DNA of 64,000 nt, from assembly GCA_038741355.1 (NCBI GenBank), contig JAVYLC010000001.1, positions 9,119 through 73,118 on the forward strand, written 5' to 3'. Shown here piece by piece: positions 10,870 to 20,064 of this stretch; position 1 is the stretch's first letter; each line of letters starts with the position of its first letter. Below the pieces are notes generated by a model. It saw only the letters and a program-made list of their open reading frames with translations. It had not been told where the DNA came from and did no database searches. This DNA is from Nitrososphaerota archaeon. GTDB taxonomy: Archaea > Thermoproteota > Nitrososphaeria_A > Caldarchaeales > Calditenuaceae. The position numbers and the translations under genes are program-made.

Positions 10870-10954
10870 TGCGGGGGGTGGGATTTGAACCCACGAACCC
10901 CTACGGGACAGGGGCCTCAGCCCTGCGCCTTTGACCAGACTTGGCGACCCCCGC
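10870..10954 (-). tRNA. tRNA-Leu (anticodon GAG)
   Basis: Reverse complement folds as a cloverleaf: acceptor GCGGGGG/CCCCCGC, anticodon stem CAGGG/CCCTG with loop CTGAGGC, long variable arm CCCgtaGGG, T arm GTGGG-TTCAAAT-CCCAC. Confidence 0.9.
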
Positions 10955-10980
10955 CTCTCCACGCTCTATTTTTGCGGGGG

Positions 10981-10989
10981 ATAAATATT
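10981..10989 (-). promoter_or_regulatory. TATA-like box upstream of tRNA-Leu
   Basis: aatatttat on the minus strand about 30 nt upstream of the tRNA 5' end. Confidence 0.4.
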
Positions 10990-11102
10990 ACGATATCCCC
11001 TTCAAGAGGCGTGTTTATCGGCTCCCACAGCGCGTAGCGCTGCGCCATGTAGTCTAGAGTAGTCTTTTTTAATTGGGGTGGGACGTTTTAGTTGGTGTAT
11101 GA

Positions 11103-11588
11103 GTGTTGGGTAAGACTGGCCGATCTATAGTTAAGGCGGATATTAAAGAGGTCTTGTCCGACCTGCTGAAGGCCTACGCTGATGAGTGGCTGGCGCACTA
11201 CCAGTACTGGGTTGCCGCCCAGTGGATAAGGGGGATTGATGCGGATACGCTGAGGCCGATTCTCCTCAAGCAGTCTGAGGACGAGCTAAAGCATGCCGAG
11301 AAGCTGGCTCAGAGGATAATCCAGCTTGGAGGCGAGCCGGTTCTAGACTTCGCGAAGCTCCTCGAAACCTCGGGCTGCGGCTACATAGCGCCGCCCAAGG
11401 ACCCCACCAACATTAAACAACTAGTTGAGGACGTTTTGAAAAGCGAGGCCTGCGCAATCAGATTCTACGACGAGATGGTCAGGAAGTATAGGGACACGGA
11501 CTACGTTACCCACGAGCTCTTCGAGGATCTCCTCGAGGACGAGGTTGAGGACGAGGAGGAGTGGGACAAGATATACTCCAAGCTCTAG
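11103..11588 (+). CDS. ferritin-like / Dps-like four-helix-bundle protein
   Basis: 161 aa; EWLAHYQYW, DELKHAEKLAQRI and acidic C-terminus typical of the ferritin/Dps-like superfamily. Confidence 0.65.
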   Translation: MLGKTGRSIVKADIKEVLSDLLKAYADEWLAHYQYWVAAQWIRGIDADTLRPILLKQSEDELKHAEKLAQRIIQLGGEPVLDFAKLLETSGCGYIAPPKDPTNIKQLVEDVLKSEACAIRFYDEMVRKYRDTDYVTHELFEDLLEDEVEDEEEWDKIYSKL

Positions 11589-11776
11589 AAGAATAGTTTC
11601 TGCTCCTCAGATAGTTTAGATGTTTTTATCAGTTTGGCTGTCTCTGGCTTAGCTTTTCTCAGCACGGGGAACCCGCAGAACGGGCATCTAATGCCCGTCC
11701 CCTTGAAGACCCGCTCCTTCTCGAAGACTTTCCCACACTTTACACACTGGTATAGCACTCGCTGGCCCGTACTCAC
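11585..11776 (-). CDS. rpoP: DNA-directed RNA polymerase subunit P (Rpo12), zinc ribbon
   Basis: YQCVKCGK..(14 aa)..IRCPFCGFPVLRKAKP matches the RpoP CxxC..CPxCG ribbon. Confidence 0.6.
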   Translation of the reverse strand: MSTGQRVLYQCVKCGKVFEKERVFKGTGIRCPFCGFPVLRKAKPETAKLIKTSKLSEEQKLFF

Positions 11777-11930
11777 AGGATATACGTGGTGGTGGTTTTT
11801 TATATAAAGCTTTTACAGACACACATTCTTATGATTAACCCACCTATACCGGTCTAAGTTATATTTTTAAAATGGAAGGAGAAAAAGAAGGAGAGGTAGG
11901 CTGATGGATCCACGACCAGACAGTGTCTGG

Positions 11931-12029
11931 GAGAACCGTGTGAAGCCGCAGCAGTATATGCTTAGGCGCCTTGAGCCAGTCTGGCTCTCAGCGGTATAAA
12001 AACCGGTGCCCGGCCTTCACACGGTTCTC
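11931..12029. repeat. long inverted repeat (15-bp perfect arms) enclosing a 7-bp palindrome
   Basis: gagaaccgtgtgaag 11931-11945 pairs with cttcacacggttctc 12015-12029; inner gagccag-tc-tggctc at 11973-11987; adjacent palindrome ccagaca-g-tgtctgg 11916-11930. Confidence 0.8.
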
Positions 12030-12039
12030 TTCCCAGCCA

Positions 12040-12321
12040 TCAGGCCAGTCCACCAGCTACCAGTCTCCTGATGGTCTTCAGCAGTTCAACCTGTTCTTTT
12101 GCACTCACCTTAAATCTCTTGTAGTAGGCTATTGATAGGCTCTCCAGTGCTATCTTCATCCTCTTATTGTAGTATCTTCTGTTATGCTGATGACGCCCAA
12201 GGTAGCTTAGAATCTTCCGAAGACCCCTTTTGAAGTCTATGTTTAGTAGCATATCTGCAAGAGCTACTTTTCCATATAGATTACTGCGGGATAGCCGAGT
12301 GCATAAGGCTCCTTGAGGTAG
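12040..12321 (-). pseudogene. decayed C-terminal remnant of an IS110-like recombinase (paralogue of 38206-39072)
   Basis: Frame reads ..YGKVALADMLLNIDFKRGLRKILSYLG..YYNKRMKIALESLSIAYYK. This parallels GDYHLMAREALAEIM..RSFSRLKNFFG..IYSKKARQALSRLTTAALK of the 38-kb gene. Same downstream layout (hairpin, then purine-rich segment). Confidence 0.4.
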
Positions 12322-12694
12322 TTAGGGATAGGTTCAGCGGGCTGAAGAGGGGATAAAGCAGTTCAACGCATGCTTCCCAACATACAGGCCGAAGGTATCA
12401 GAGAAGTGGATAAGGGCATGGGTGACCTTAAGTTGACAGTCCCATCCATGACCTAATAAAACTAATATCAAACAATTCGGCCTTGAGGATTAGGGTGTAT
12501 AAGCCATCCAGCACAACAAACCAATCATACAGGATTCTTTGCATCATTGCCTATACTAAGAAATGATTGATAGGACACGTAATAGCGCCCAGATTACATG
12601 ATGGCGAGGAATGGTAGCCTATGGAGGATAGCAGTGAATAAGACTAACTCCTTATGTCGCAGAATCCTCTGGCTCTAGAGGGGGTCTGGCCGGT

Positions 12695-13366
12695 GTGGGG
12701 CGGAGGAGGTTTAGGCTCCTAGCTCTGGACATGGATGGAACGCTCTACTCCTCCCGCAGCTATGTGGAGGAGCTAGAGAGGGCGATTGTAGCACTGATTG
12801 CTGAGATGCTTGGCGTGACCACTGAGACGGCTGCGAAGAGGTTGATTGAGGCGAAGAGCCGCGTCCTCACCACCAGCGCGAGCCTCGACCTTCTTGGAAT
12901 TCCGCGCTCAGAGTTCTATGAAAGACTGTCCCGGATGGTGGAGCCGGCCAGACACATCAAGCCGCGGCTAGGAGTTGAGGATGGGTTGAGAAGGATTAAG
13001 GCGCGCGGAGTTAAGATCGCTCTCCATACCAACGCCGGAGGGGCTTTAACTAGGAAGGTCCTCTCCGCCCTCAGCCTGAGACCGGAAGTTTTCGACATCA
13101 TAGTGACCAGCGAGGACGCGGCGCCAAAGCCCTCCCCACAGGGCTACGAGCTTCTCCTACTGTCGGCCGGCTGTAGGGCTGAGGAGTGCATATATGTGGG
13201 AGACAGGGCGATAGCTGAGCTGCGGACTGCGAAGATTATGGGGATGTTTACGGTGAAGGTGGGTGGGAGGGCAAGTATATGGGCAGATCTTCACGCAGGG
13301 GATATTCTAGAGGCGTTGAGTAAGGTCGAGAGACTCATAGAGGGCTCGGCTCTGGACGGGGTGTGA
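12695..13366 (+). CDS. HAD-superfamily hydrolase
   Basis: LALDMDGTLY (DxDxT) motif I, HTNAG motif II, VGDR motif IV. Confidence 0.8.
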   Translation: MGRRRFRLLALDMDGTLYSSRSYVEELERAIVALIAEMLGVTTETAAKRLIEAKSRVLTTSASLDLLGIPRSEFYERLSRMVEPARHIKPRLGVEDGLRRIKARGVKIALHTNAGGALTRKVLSALSLRPEVFDIIVTSEDAAPKPSPQGYELLLLSAGCRAEECIYVGDRAIAELRTAKIMGMFTVKVGGRASIWADLHAGDILEALSKVERLIEGSALDGV

Positions 13367-13406
13367 GTATCGTGTTTATATCCTCCGCGCCCTTGGCTAG
13401 TGACAG

Positions 13407-13781
13407 GTGGTGGCTTTGAGCAAGGACGACGTGGTCAAGAGGATGAGTGAGGTGCTCAAGGCGGGGGGGAAGATGCTCGCTCGGACGTGCCCCGTATGCG
13501 GCAACCCGCTCTTCGAGATAAAAGGGGAGCTGCGATGCGTTGCCTGTGACAAGCCCGTAGTGGTTGTGAGGGATCAGGCGGAGTCGGGGAGAGCCCTCCT
13601 ACCCATCGTCCTGACCAGCCTCGAAGGCGTCGTGGTCGGGAAGATTGACGAGCTGACAGGCAGGCTTGCCGAGTCCGTGGACCTGAGCGAGATAGAGGAG
13701 ACTGCCCGGGCTATCGACTCCCTCTTAAACGTCTTGAGGAAGAGCGAAGAGATTAGGCTGGCTGTTAAGCAGACTGAGTAG
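13407..13781 (+). CDS. zinc-ribbon protein (UPF0148 / autoantigen p27-like)
   Basis: CPVCGNPLF..ELRCVACD ribbon followed by a coiled-coil tail. Confidence 0.5.
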   Translation: MVALSKDDVVKRMSEVLKAGGKMLARTCPVCGNPLFEIKGELRCVACDKPVVVVRDQAESGRALLPIVLTSLEGVVVGKIDELTGRLAESVDLSEIEETARAIDSLLNVLRKSEEIRLAVKQTE

Positions 13782-14340
13782 GCCCATAGACGTGGAGGTC
13801 CTCGTATATCGGGCCTTCAGGTCTAAGCGTGCTCTTCTTAAGCTTGACCCTATCTACAACGACCTCCCCCACGGTATGGGAGGAGAGCTGGGACAGCCTC
13901 GATAGGACCTCCGACTTATTTCTGACGCCCTTAACTCTTAGAATTGTTATGTGGGGCTTGAAGTCTTTGTCAGGTTTGAATCCCAGCTCAGAGAGTCTTG
14001 AAACCACTTCACGCTGGACAGCCATCAGCCCTGAATCAATATCCTCGACGCCTATCCAGATGACGTTTACCCTAGACCCGCCCGGGAAGTATCCGACACC
14101 CTTCAATAGGAGGCGCATCGGCCTAACCTCAATTCCGGATAAACGCTCCCTAACCCTCTCAACCATCGGCGGATCCAATTCTCCGAGGAAGATGAGCGTT
14201 ATGTGGAGGGTCTCGGGATCTACCGGCTTCCCCAGGATCCCCGCCTCCTGCAGCTCCTGTTGAATCGCCCTGACCCCTCTGACAATCTCCGGTGAGAAAA
14301 CATCAACGGCCACAAAGCTCCGTATAAGATGCGACGACAT
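13765..14340 (-). CDS. thpR: RNA 2',3'-cyclic phosphodiesterase (2H family, LigT/ThpR)
   Basis: Two HxT motifs: LHITLIFLG and KPHITILR. Confidence 0.8.
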   Translation of the reverse strand: MSSHLIRSFVAVDVFSPEIVRGVRAIQQELQEAGILGKPVDPETLHITLIFLGELDPPMVERVRERLSGIEVRPMRLLLKGVGYFPGGSRVNVIWIGVEDIDSGLMAVQREVVSRLSELGFKPDKDFKPHITILRVKGVRNKSEVLSRLSQLSSHTVGEVVVDRVKLKKSTLRPEGPIYEDLHVYGPTQSA

Positions 14341-14384
14341 GTTGCCTGCACTTCTTCGAGGAGACGAGTTGCCTAGCTTAGAAA

Positions 14385-15071
14385 TTAAGGTTTTCGCGCA
14401 TCTTGTGCTGATAAGGCCGTTGCCCTCAGCTCGACCAGCTTACACGCAGTGGAGTCGGCAAGCTCTTCGAGCATATTGGATTCATTTAGGAGCTTGATTA
14501 CTTGGCCAGGCCTAGACTTGCTGAACTCGTCATATATCTCTCTCACCATGTTCTGTAAGACTGTGTCCCTCTCAAGCACGCCTTCACGGCCCCGCTTCCC
14601 CCGAAGCCGCCTGAGCCTCTCCTCCTCACCAACATCCACTATCAAATAGACATCTGGGGCGAGGTAGTCAGACTTGCCAAGCCTCTCTAGGAGATCGATC
14701 AGCTCAACTATTGATGGAAGGTCTTGGAGACCCCGCTGATGCCTAATCAGTGCGACGCCATAGACAGCGGAGCAGAGATAGTACCTGTCTATGAAGAGGA
14801 AGTCCGGCTTCGACTGCATGATCTTTCTAACCATCGCGCCAGTCTCATCTACCGTGTTTGCTAGGAATAGTAGCATCCGGCTCAGGGGTGAGATCCTTGG
14901 GCTGTTGCCGTATGAGACCGCGAATCTACCGCTCTGCATGACTCCCGGCGTCTTGTGTGTGACCACCCTGAAGCCGCGCCTAGAGAGGATCCGCGCTACA
15001 CGCTTCATCAGTGTCGTCTTCCCCGACCCGTCCGTCCCCTCCCAAACCGCGATAAATGTTGTGTTTCTCAA
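14385..15071 (-). CDS. tmk: thymidylate kinase-like nucleotide kinase
   Basis: IAVWEGTDGSGKTTL P-loop typical of dTMP kinases; DRY motif. Confidence 0.7.
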   Translation of the reverse strand: MRNTTFIAVWEGTDGSGKTTLMKRVARILSRRGFRVVTHKTPGVMQSGRFAVSYGNSPRISPLSRMLLFLANTVDETGAMVRKIMQSKPDFLFIDRYYLCSAVYGVALIRHQRGLQDLPSIVELIDLLERLGKSDYLAPDVYLIVDVGEEERLRRLRGKRGREGVLERDTVLQNMVREIYDEFSKSRPGQVIKLLNESNMLEELADSTACKLVELRATALSAQDARKP

Positions 15072-15184
15072 CCGTCAAAGGATATACACTGGCCGCCTGT
15101 TAATAACTGAGAGTGCTTCCCGGCAAGGTTGAGGGAGCCCCTCAGGGTTTAATTCAGAGAATGCCCTTCTGGGTTGACGGGAAC

Positions 15185-15574
15185 ATGTATGTGAAGGTGA
15201 GCGTTAGGGCGGAGGTTTTTCCGACGGAGGATGTGGAACTTGTTTTGAGGGCTGTTAGGAAGATTTTTCCAACCCTCGAGTTTAGGGTATTGGAGGAGGG
15301 TGGGAGGACCTTCGTAGAGGCCGAGTCGACGGAGCTCTCAGCCCTGAAGTATCTCAAGGAGAACTGGAGGATGAGGAGGGTGAGGGCCGCTGCCGGGAGG
15401 CTCCTACGCTCAGGGTCGAGCGAGGGCATTGTTAGGGCCCGGCTAAGCAAACACGCCGCATATGTCGGGGTGGCGTCTATTCTCGACGAGGATGAGTGGC
15501 CGGGTTTGGGCGACATCAGCTTGGAGATTGAGACCGATGACGTGGAAGGCCTCATAAAGTGGCTGACGAGCTAG
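15185..15574 (+). CDS. UPF0201-type predicted RNA-binding protein
   Basis: MYVKVSVRAEVFPTEDVELVLRAVRKIFP resembles the conserved N-terminus of archaeal UPF0201/COG1931 proteins; start chosen at ATG 15185. Confidence 0.45.
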   Translation: MYVKVSVRAEVFPTEDVELVLRAVRKIFPTLEFRVLEEGGRTFVEAESTELSALKYLKENWRMRRVRAAAGRLLRSGSSEGIVRARLSKHAAYVGVASILDEDEWPGLGDISLEIETDDVEGLIKWLTS

Positions 15575-15989
15575 GCCCTATGGGTGAGAAGTGCTCGTGG
15601 ACGATTTTCCATGAGCCCTCCTCGCGGACCATGACTGTCGTACAGCGGGCCCTCCTCACCCACCTCTGCCCCTCAAACCTGTACTGATAGACAAGTATGC
15701 CACTCATCTCGAGCTCGTATGCAGCGCAGGCCACATCACCGTAGACGCTGAGGTGTAAGTCTCGAATCTGATATGAGACGTCCTGAACCTGGTTTAGAAG
15801 GCTGAGCTTTAATCTGAGCCCCATCTCGTCCTCTAAGAGCTGGTATGGAGGTGCGTCGTTGAAGAGTGTGTATCTTTTGGTCGAGTGTAGGTCTAGCAGC
15901 TTGGCGTGATCTTTATTCTTGATGGCATCGAAAACGGAGGTCAGTGTCTGTATCGCCTCGTCCTCTATGGGGCTCACGATCATGAGCAT
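15552..15989 (-). CDS. NTF2/SnoaL-like fold protein
   Basis: 145 aa; pattern ..VYGDVACAAYELE..RCTTVMVREEGSWKIVHEHFS typical of SnoaL/DUF4440 proteins. Confidence 0.5.
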   Translation of the reverse strand: MLMIVSPIEDEAIQTLTSVFDAIKNKDHAKLLDLHSTKRYTLFNDAPPYQLLEDEMGLRLKLSLLNQVQDVSYQIRDLHLSVYGDVACAAYELEMSGILVYQYRFEGQRWVRRARCTTVMVREEGSWKIVHEHFSPIGPSSSATL

Positions 15990-16035
15990 CCGTCCCTCGG
16001 ATATAGATTTAACACATGGCTCCTATCTTATGCCC

Positions 16036-16335
16036 CTATTCTTCGAGGAATCGGATATCTCCGCTCAGCTTGAAGTTGCCTTCCACAATTCGTCGCTGAA
16101 CCTCTGCCAGAATCCTCTCAAGCTGCTCCCTAGAAACATCCTTGGAGAGAAGCTCAGCCTCCGCCTCGCTGGATAGTGAGATGCCGACTGTCGGTCCCCC
16201 GATCGTCATGACAGCTATGCCATTGAATCTGTATCTTTGTCCTCCGATGAGGAAGCTGCCTGAGAAAGTACTGACCCTGCCCCTCGTCTCGACTGAGTCT
16301 ATCTCGACACTCTCGGGCAGCTCTTCGCTTCTCAT
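16036..16335 (-). CDS. hypothetical protein
   Basis: 99-aa ORF in an operon-like array with 16345-16956; no recognised motif. Confidence 0.35.
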   Translation of the reverse strand: MRSEELPESVEIDSVETRGRVSTFSGSFLIGGQRYRFNGIAVMTIGGPTVGISLSSEAEAELLSKDVSREQLERILAEVQRRIVEGNFKLSGDIRFLEE

Positions 16336-16344
16336 GGCTTTCGC

Positions 16345-16956
16345 CTAGGCAAATATCCGCCTAGCCGTCTGCTGGTCTATCTCCAGCTCGCTAAAGCAAA
16401 TACCGCACACATAGACGTCTCCCCCCATTCTTTGAGCGCTTGATAGGTCCCCACCGCATATTGGGCAAGCCCTTATAGGGTCGCTGCTCTTAGTGAATCT
16501 CTCCCCACAATTTCTACACTTGGTCTCACCGAGGGGCGTTTCAAACCCGCATTTCGGGCATATTAGGGAGAGTCCAGCACTCTTCACCTTAATACTCCTC
16601 TTCAGAGACTCCTCCTCAGAGGGGCGTAGACGATCCTCGAGTGTATTTGCACTCCCCTCCCTTATCACCCCCCTTTCCTCAAGGCTCTGTATGACAGCCT
16701 CCCTGTCCAGAGAGACCATCCTCTCTGCTGAGAGCTCCTCCCTAACACCCCTTCTGAAGAGGTAGAGGCCTGACAGGGCGATTGGGACCCCCACAACAGA
16801 GAGGAGGAGGTGGAGTGGGAGTCCAGGTGCCGCTTCAAGCGCTAAAACACTCTCGATGCCGCTGGAGACCATGGCTATGTGTATGAGTGGCGCTGCCAGC
16901 GAGATAGTCATACCGGCGGCAGAGAGTGTAAGCCCCAGTGTGATCTTTGACGGCAT
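16345..16956 (-). CDS. membrane-anchored double zinc-ribbon protein
   Basis: Two N-terminal TM segments, then CPKCG..CRNCG and CPICG..CGIC ribbons. Confidence 0.5.
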   Translation of the reverse strand: MPSKITLGLTLSAAGMTISLAAPLIHIAMVSSGIESVLALEAAPGLPLHLLLSVVGVPIALSGLYLFRRGVREELSAERMVSLDREAVIQSLEERGVIREGSANTLEDRLRPSEEESLKRSIKVKSAGLSLICPKCGFETPLGETKCRNCGERFTKSSDPIRACPICGGDLSSAQRMGGDVYVCGICFSELEIDQQTARRIFA

Positions 16957-17070
16957 CGCTGTCCCATGTCGTCTCTCTCAGCATATAAACCCTATACACC
17001 GAGGATCTGGACTCTGTAGGCGGAATTAGGCGTGAGAGAATAGTGAAAAATTGCGAGATGCTCTCGATAT

Positions 17071-17376
17071 ATGATCTCGTTGAGGCGGGGGGTTCGTGGT
17101 GCTGCGGTGGGGGAAGTGCTTAGGCTCTTGGAGATAGCCCTCTCCACGGCAGATGAGGCGCTGAGGAGGGAGGCTATGGCCCACGCTGTGGAGTTGTCGA
17201 GGAGTTTCAGGGTCAGGATACCTAGGAGGCTTAGCCTACTGATTTGTAGGAAGTGTATGACACCATACAGGTTTGACGTGTCGAGGGTCAGGGTTCGGAG
17301 GGGGCGGGCAGGCTTAACAGTCACCGTGACATGCGGATCATGTGGAGCTGTAAGACGGATACCTCTTAAGCCTTAG
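17071..17376 (+). CDS. rnp4: RNase P protein component 4 (Rpp21/Rpr2 family)
   Basis: Basic helical N-terminus then ICRKCMTPY..VTCGSCGAVRRIP zinc ribbon, the Rpr2 layout. Confidence 0.65.
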   Translation: MISLRRGVRGAAVGEVLRLLEIALSTADEALRREAMAHAVELSRSFRVRIPRRLSLLICRKCMTPYRFDVSRVRVRRGRAGLTVTVTCGSCGAVRRIPLKP

Positions 17377-19867
17377 ACTCTATCGCCCCAGCAAGGATCG
17401 ATACTCTCTCCACGAGCCTCCTGTTCTCCTCCTTGATCCTCTCAAGCTCCTCCCTCAACTCCTTATACTCGACACCCCTCTCCAAGCTCTTCCTAACCCT
17501 CTCCGCAGCGTCGCGAGCAGCCCTTCGATTCATCTCGTAGACATCGTTCTGCGCAATATCCTCAAGAATCCCTATAGCCTCACTGCTCAGCAACTCCCTG
17601 CAGGCCACTACTACTGCCCGTCTAACCCTATAGTTCGGATCTCGCGCATAGTGTCGGAGAGCCTCCACCACCTCTCTCCGCCCCGGAAACTTGCCGAGCG
17701 ACGCAACTGCCGCAGCCCTCACGGGTGACTGCTTATCAGCCTCCGCATATCTTAAGAGAATCTTCAAAGCCTCATCGCCGCCCAGCTCAGCAAGCCCCCT
17801 CAAAACCCCCACGGTTATCGCTGAGGCGTGGGATGGTGTGTCGATGTGTCTGAGGAGGATCTCGTAGACGTCCTCCTCCTTAGTTCTCCCAAGGCTCATG
17901 GCTGCGGCCTGCCTGACGTAATAGCTCTCCTCACTGTTTGAGAGGACCCTTGAGAGGGCCTCGACCACTTCACGTCCCCTGAAGTTTCCTAAAGCCTCGC
18001 AGATGGGCCTCCTGACCTTCGCGTTGGTGACAGTGGATAGTGCCTCCAGCAGCGCATTCTTGGCTTCCTCTGTCCTGAGCTCACCGAGGGCCTTCGCCGC
18101 CTCGGCAGAAACTCCCCAGAACCTATCTTCGATCAAGCTCTTCTTCAACGCCTCAACAGCCTTAGCCCCGCCAAGCCTACCAAGCGCCCGCGCTGCCAGG
18201 ACCCTACAATAGACATGCTCATCCCACTCCAAGACTTTGATGTGCTGCTCAACCCCCCGCGCCAATTCTAGTGTCTTAAAGACCTCAAAGCGTGGATCTA
18301 TACAGACAAGCTCCGGCTGCTCGTCCAGACTTATAACGTGTGTAACCTCCCTCTCCCTAAGCTCCACGGTGAACATCTTCTCGGAGGTCTTGGTCTTGAC
18401 CCTCACAGGTATGTCTAGGAGGTAGACTGGGAGGGAGTCGTCCCCCTGGGTCTGCTTAAACCTCAGTACCAGCTGCCTAGTCCCGTCCCTCCACTCCTCC
18501 TCAACCCTGATCGCCGGGTGGCCCGCATTATAGAAGAACTGCTCGAAGAACTGCTCCAGGCTCCTTCCCGAGGCCTCCTCCATGACCTTCCTGAAGTCCT
18601 CCGTGTCAGCGACAGAGTAGGCGTACCTCTTGAGAAAGAGGTTTAGACCCTTTCTGAAAGTATCCTCGCCTAGGAGTGCGCGGAGCATGTTGAGTATGAC
18701 CCCACCCTTCGGGTAAGCATGGGCGTCGAAGAGCTCGGCGGCATACTTGTAGACGCGCATGACTATCGGCCTCGCATAGTATTCCCTATACTCGCTAAGG
18801 TATGCGTCCATGTCCCTAATATTCTCGTACACGAACTCGTCCTCACCATTATCATGCCTCACAAACAGGTTCTCTAGGAATGTGGCGAAGCTCTCGTTAA
18901 GCCAGATGTGGGGCCAGTCCCTACACGTGACTAGGTCTCCGAACCACTGGTGGGCCGCCTCATGGGCTATGAGTGGGTCGCTGGAGAAGTCGATATGCGC
19001 CTTCTCATCGTGCAGTGTAAGCTCGGTCAGAGTAGTTGCTGTTGTGTTTTCCATCCCCCCGAAAATAAACTCGTAGACTGCGACCTGCGCATACTTGCTA
19101 TAGGGGTATGGATAGTCTAGGTACTTGGAGAAGAACTCAAGTATTTTCGGCGTCTTCTCGAAGCTGAGGCGGTAGTATTTTCCATAGCCGGGTGGGACAT
19201 AGTAGCTCAGCTTCACCCCGTTAAATTCTTCGCTGTGCTCCTCGAAAACACCGGCGACAACGCTGATGAGGTATGGTGAGTGTGGCTTATCCATCCTCCA
19301 GTGCCAGTAATCCCACCTCTCCCTCGAGCCCCTGGAGACCAAGTCTCCATTAGAGACTGCTATGAAGCCTGGTGGAACATAGATTATGATTTCGGAGGTG
19401 TGTTTATGTGAGGGGTGGTCGACCAGTGGCAGCCAGTATCTGTTGTACTCTGTCTCGCCTTGGCTCCAGGCCTGGGGGGCTCTCTGGGGGTTGGCCTTGT
19501 CGGGCTTGACGAAGTGGAACCCCTTCCTAGGCTTCGCCTTATAGGCAATCTCTACCCTTCCCCTCCCCGAATCCAGCCGGACTCGCAGCTTCTCACCATC
19601 ATACCTCCACTCAGCCCACCGCCCGTCGACCTTCACGCTGTCAATCCACATCTCGCAGGCATCAAAAACAACCCAGCCACCACCTGCGCCGTGCTCGACC
19701 TCAACCTCCTCCAAACCCCTGAGCGACTCCCCCTCAAAGTCTACCCATAGCTCCAGCTTCAGATGACTTACGCGGAAATTGTTGACTGGTGGAAACCGGG
19801 ATACGTATTCTGGATAGGTGAATCCGCGGCCGGGCTTATAGTAGGGGTATATGATGGTCATGCTCAT
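17366..19867 (-). CDS. M1-family zinc aminopeptidase with C-terminal HEAT-like repeats
   Basis: GGMENT exopeptidase motif, HEAAHQWFGD..(18 aa)..WLNE zinc site; C-terminal repeated ..A..ALG.. HEAT/PBS-lyase-like units. ATG 19867 preferred to the ORF-track start. Confidence 0.85.
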   Translation of the reverse strand: MSMTIIYPYYKPGRGFTYPEYVSRFPPVNNFRVSHLKLELWVDFEGESLRGLEEVEVEHGAGGGWVVFDACEMWIDSVKVDGRWAEWRYDGEKLRVRLDSGRGRVEIAYKAKPRKGFHFVKPDKANPQRAPQAWSQGETEYNRYWLPLVDHPSHKHTSEIIIYVPPGFIAVSNGDLVSRGSRERWDYWHWRMDKPHSPYLISVVAGVFEEHSEEFNGVKLSYYVPPGYGKYYRLSFEKTPKILEFFSKYLDYPYPYSKYAQVAVYEFIFGGMENTTATTLTELTLHDEKAHIDFSSDPLIAHEAAHQWFGDLVTCRDWPHIWLNESFATFLENLFVRHDNGEDEFVYENIRDMDAYLSEYREYYARPIVMRVYKYAAELFDAHAYPKGGVILNMLRALLGEDTFRKGLNLFLKRYAYSVADTEDFRKVMEEASGRSLEQFFEQFFYNAGHPAIRVEEEWRDGTRQLVLRFKQTQGDDSLPVYLLDIPVRVKTKTSEKMFTVELREREVTHVISLDEQPELVCIDPRFEVFKTLELARGVEQHIKVLEWDEHVYCRVLAARALGRLGGAKAVEALKKSLIEDRFWGVSAEAAKALGELRTEEAKNALLEALSTVTNAKVRRPICEALGNFRGREVVEALSRVLSNSEESYYVRQAAAMSLGRTKEEDVYEILLRHIDTPSHASAITVGVLRGLAELGGDEALKILLRYAEADKQSPVRAAAVASLGKFPGRREVVEALRHYARDPNYRVRRAVVVACRELLSSEAIGILEDIAQNDVYEMNRRAARDAAERVRKSLERGVEYKELREELERIKEENRRLVERVSILAGAIESKA

Positions 19868-20064
19868 CAGAATCGAAGAGCGCAGATATATATCCGCACT
19901 CCCCCCACCTCCATGCCCCCATAGAGGCAAGGCATCGATTCTGGCAATAATGATGCAGGCCCCAGAACTCTCGACAACGAGGCCCTAGCATCTGCGTGAT
20001 CCAGCAAGTAGTGGGTTATTGGTTGGGGTTTTTATCATGCCTCAGCCCAACTAGCTTGCGGGAG

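Noticed and set aside
10680-10934. 84-aa plus-strand ORF
   Set aside because: Its 3' part is the antisense of tRNA-Leu, and the rest has no coding features.
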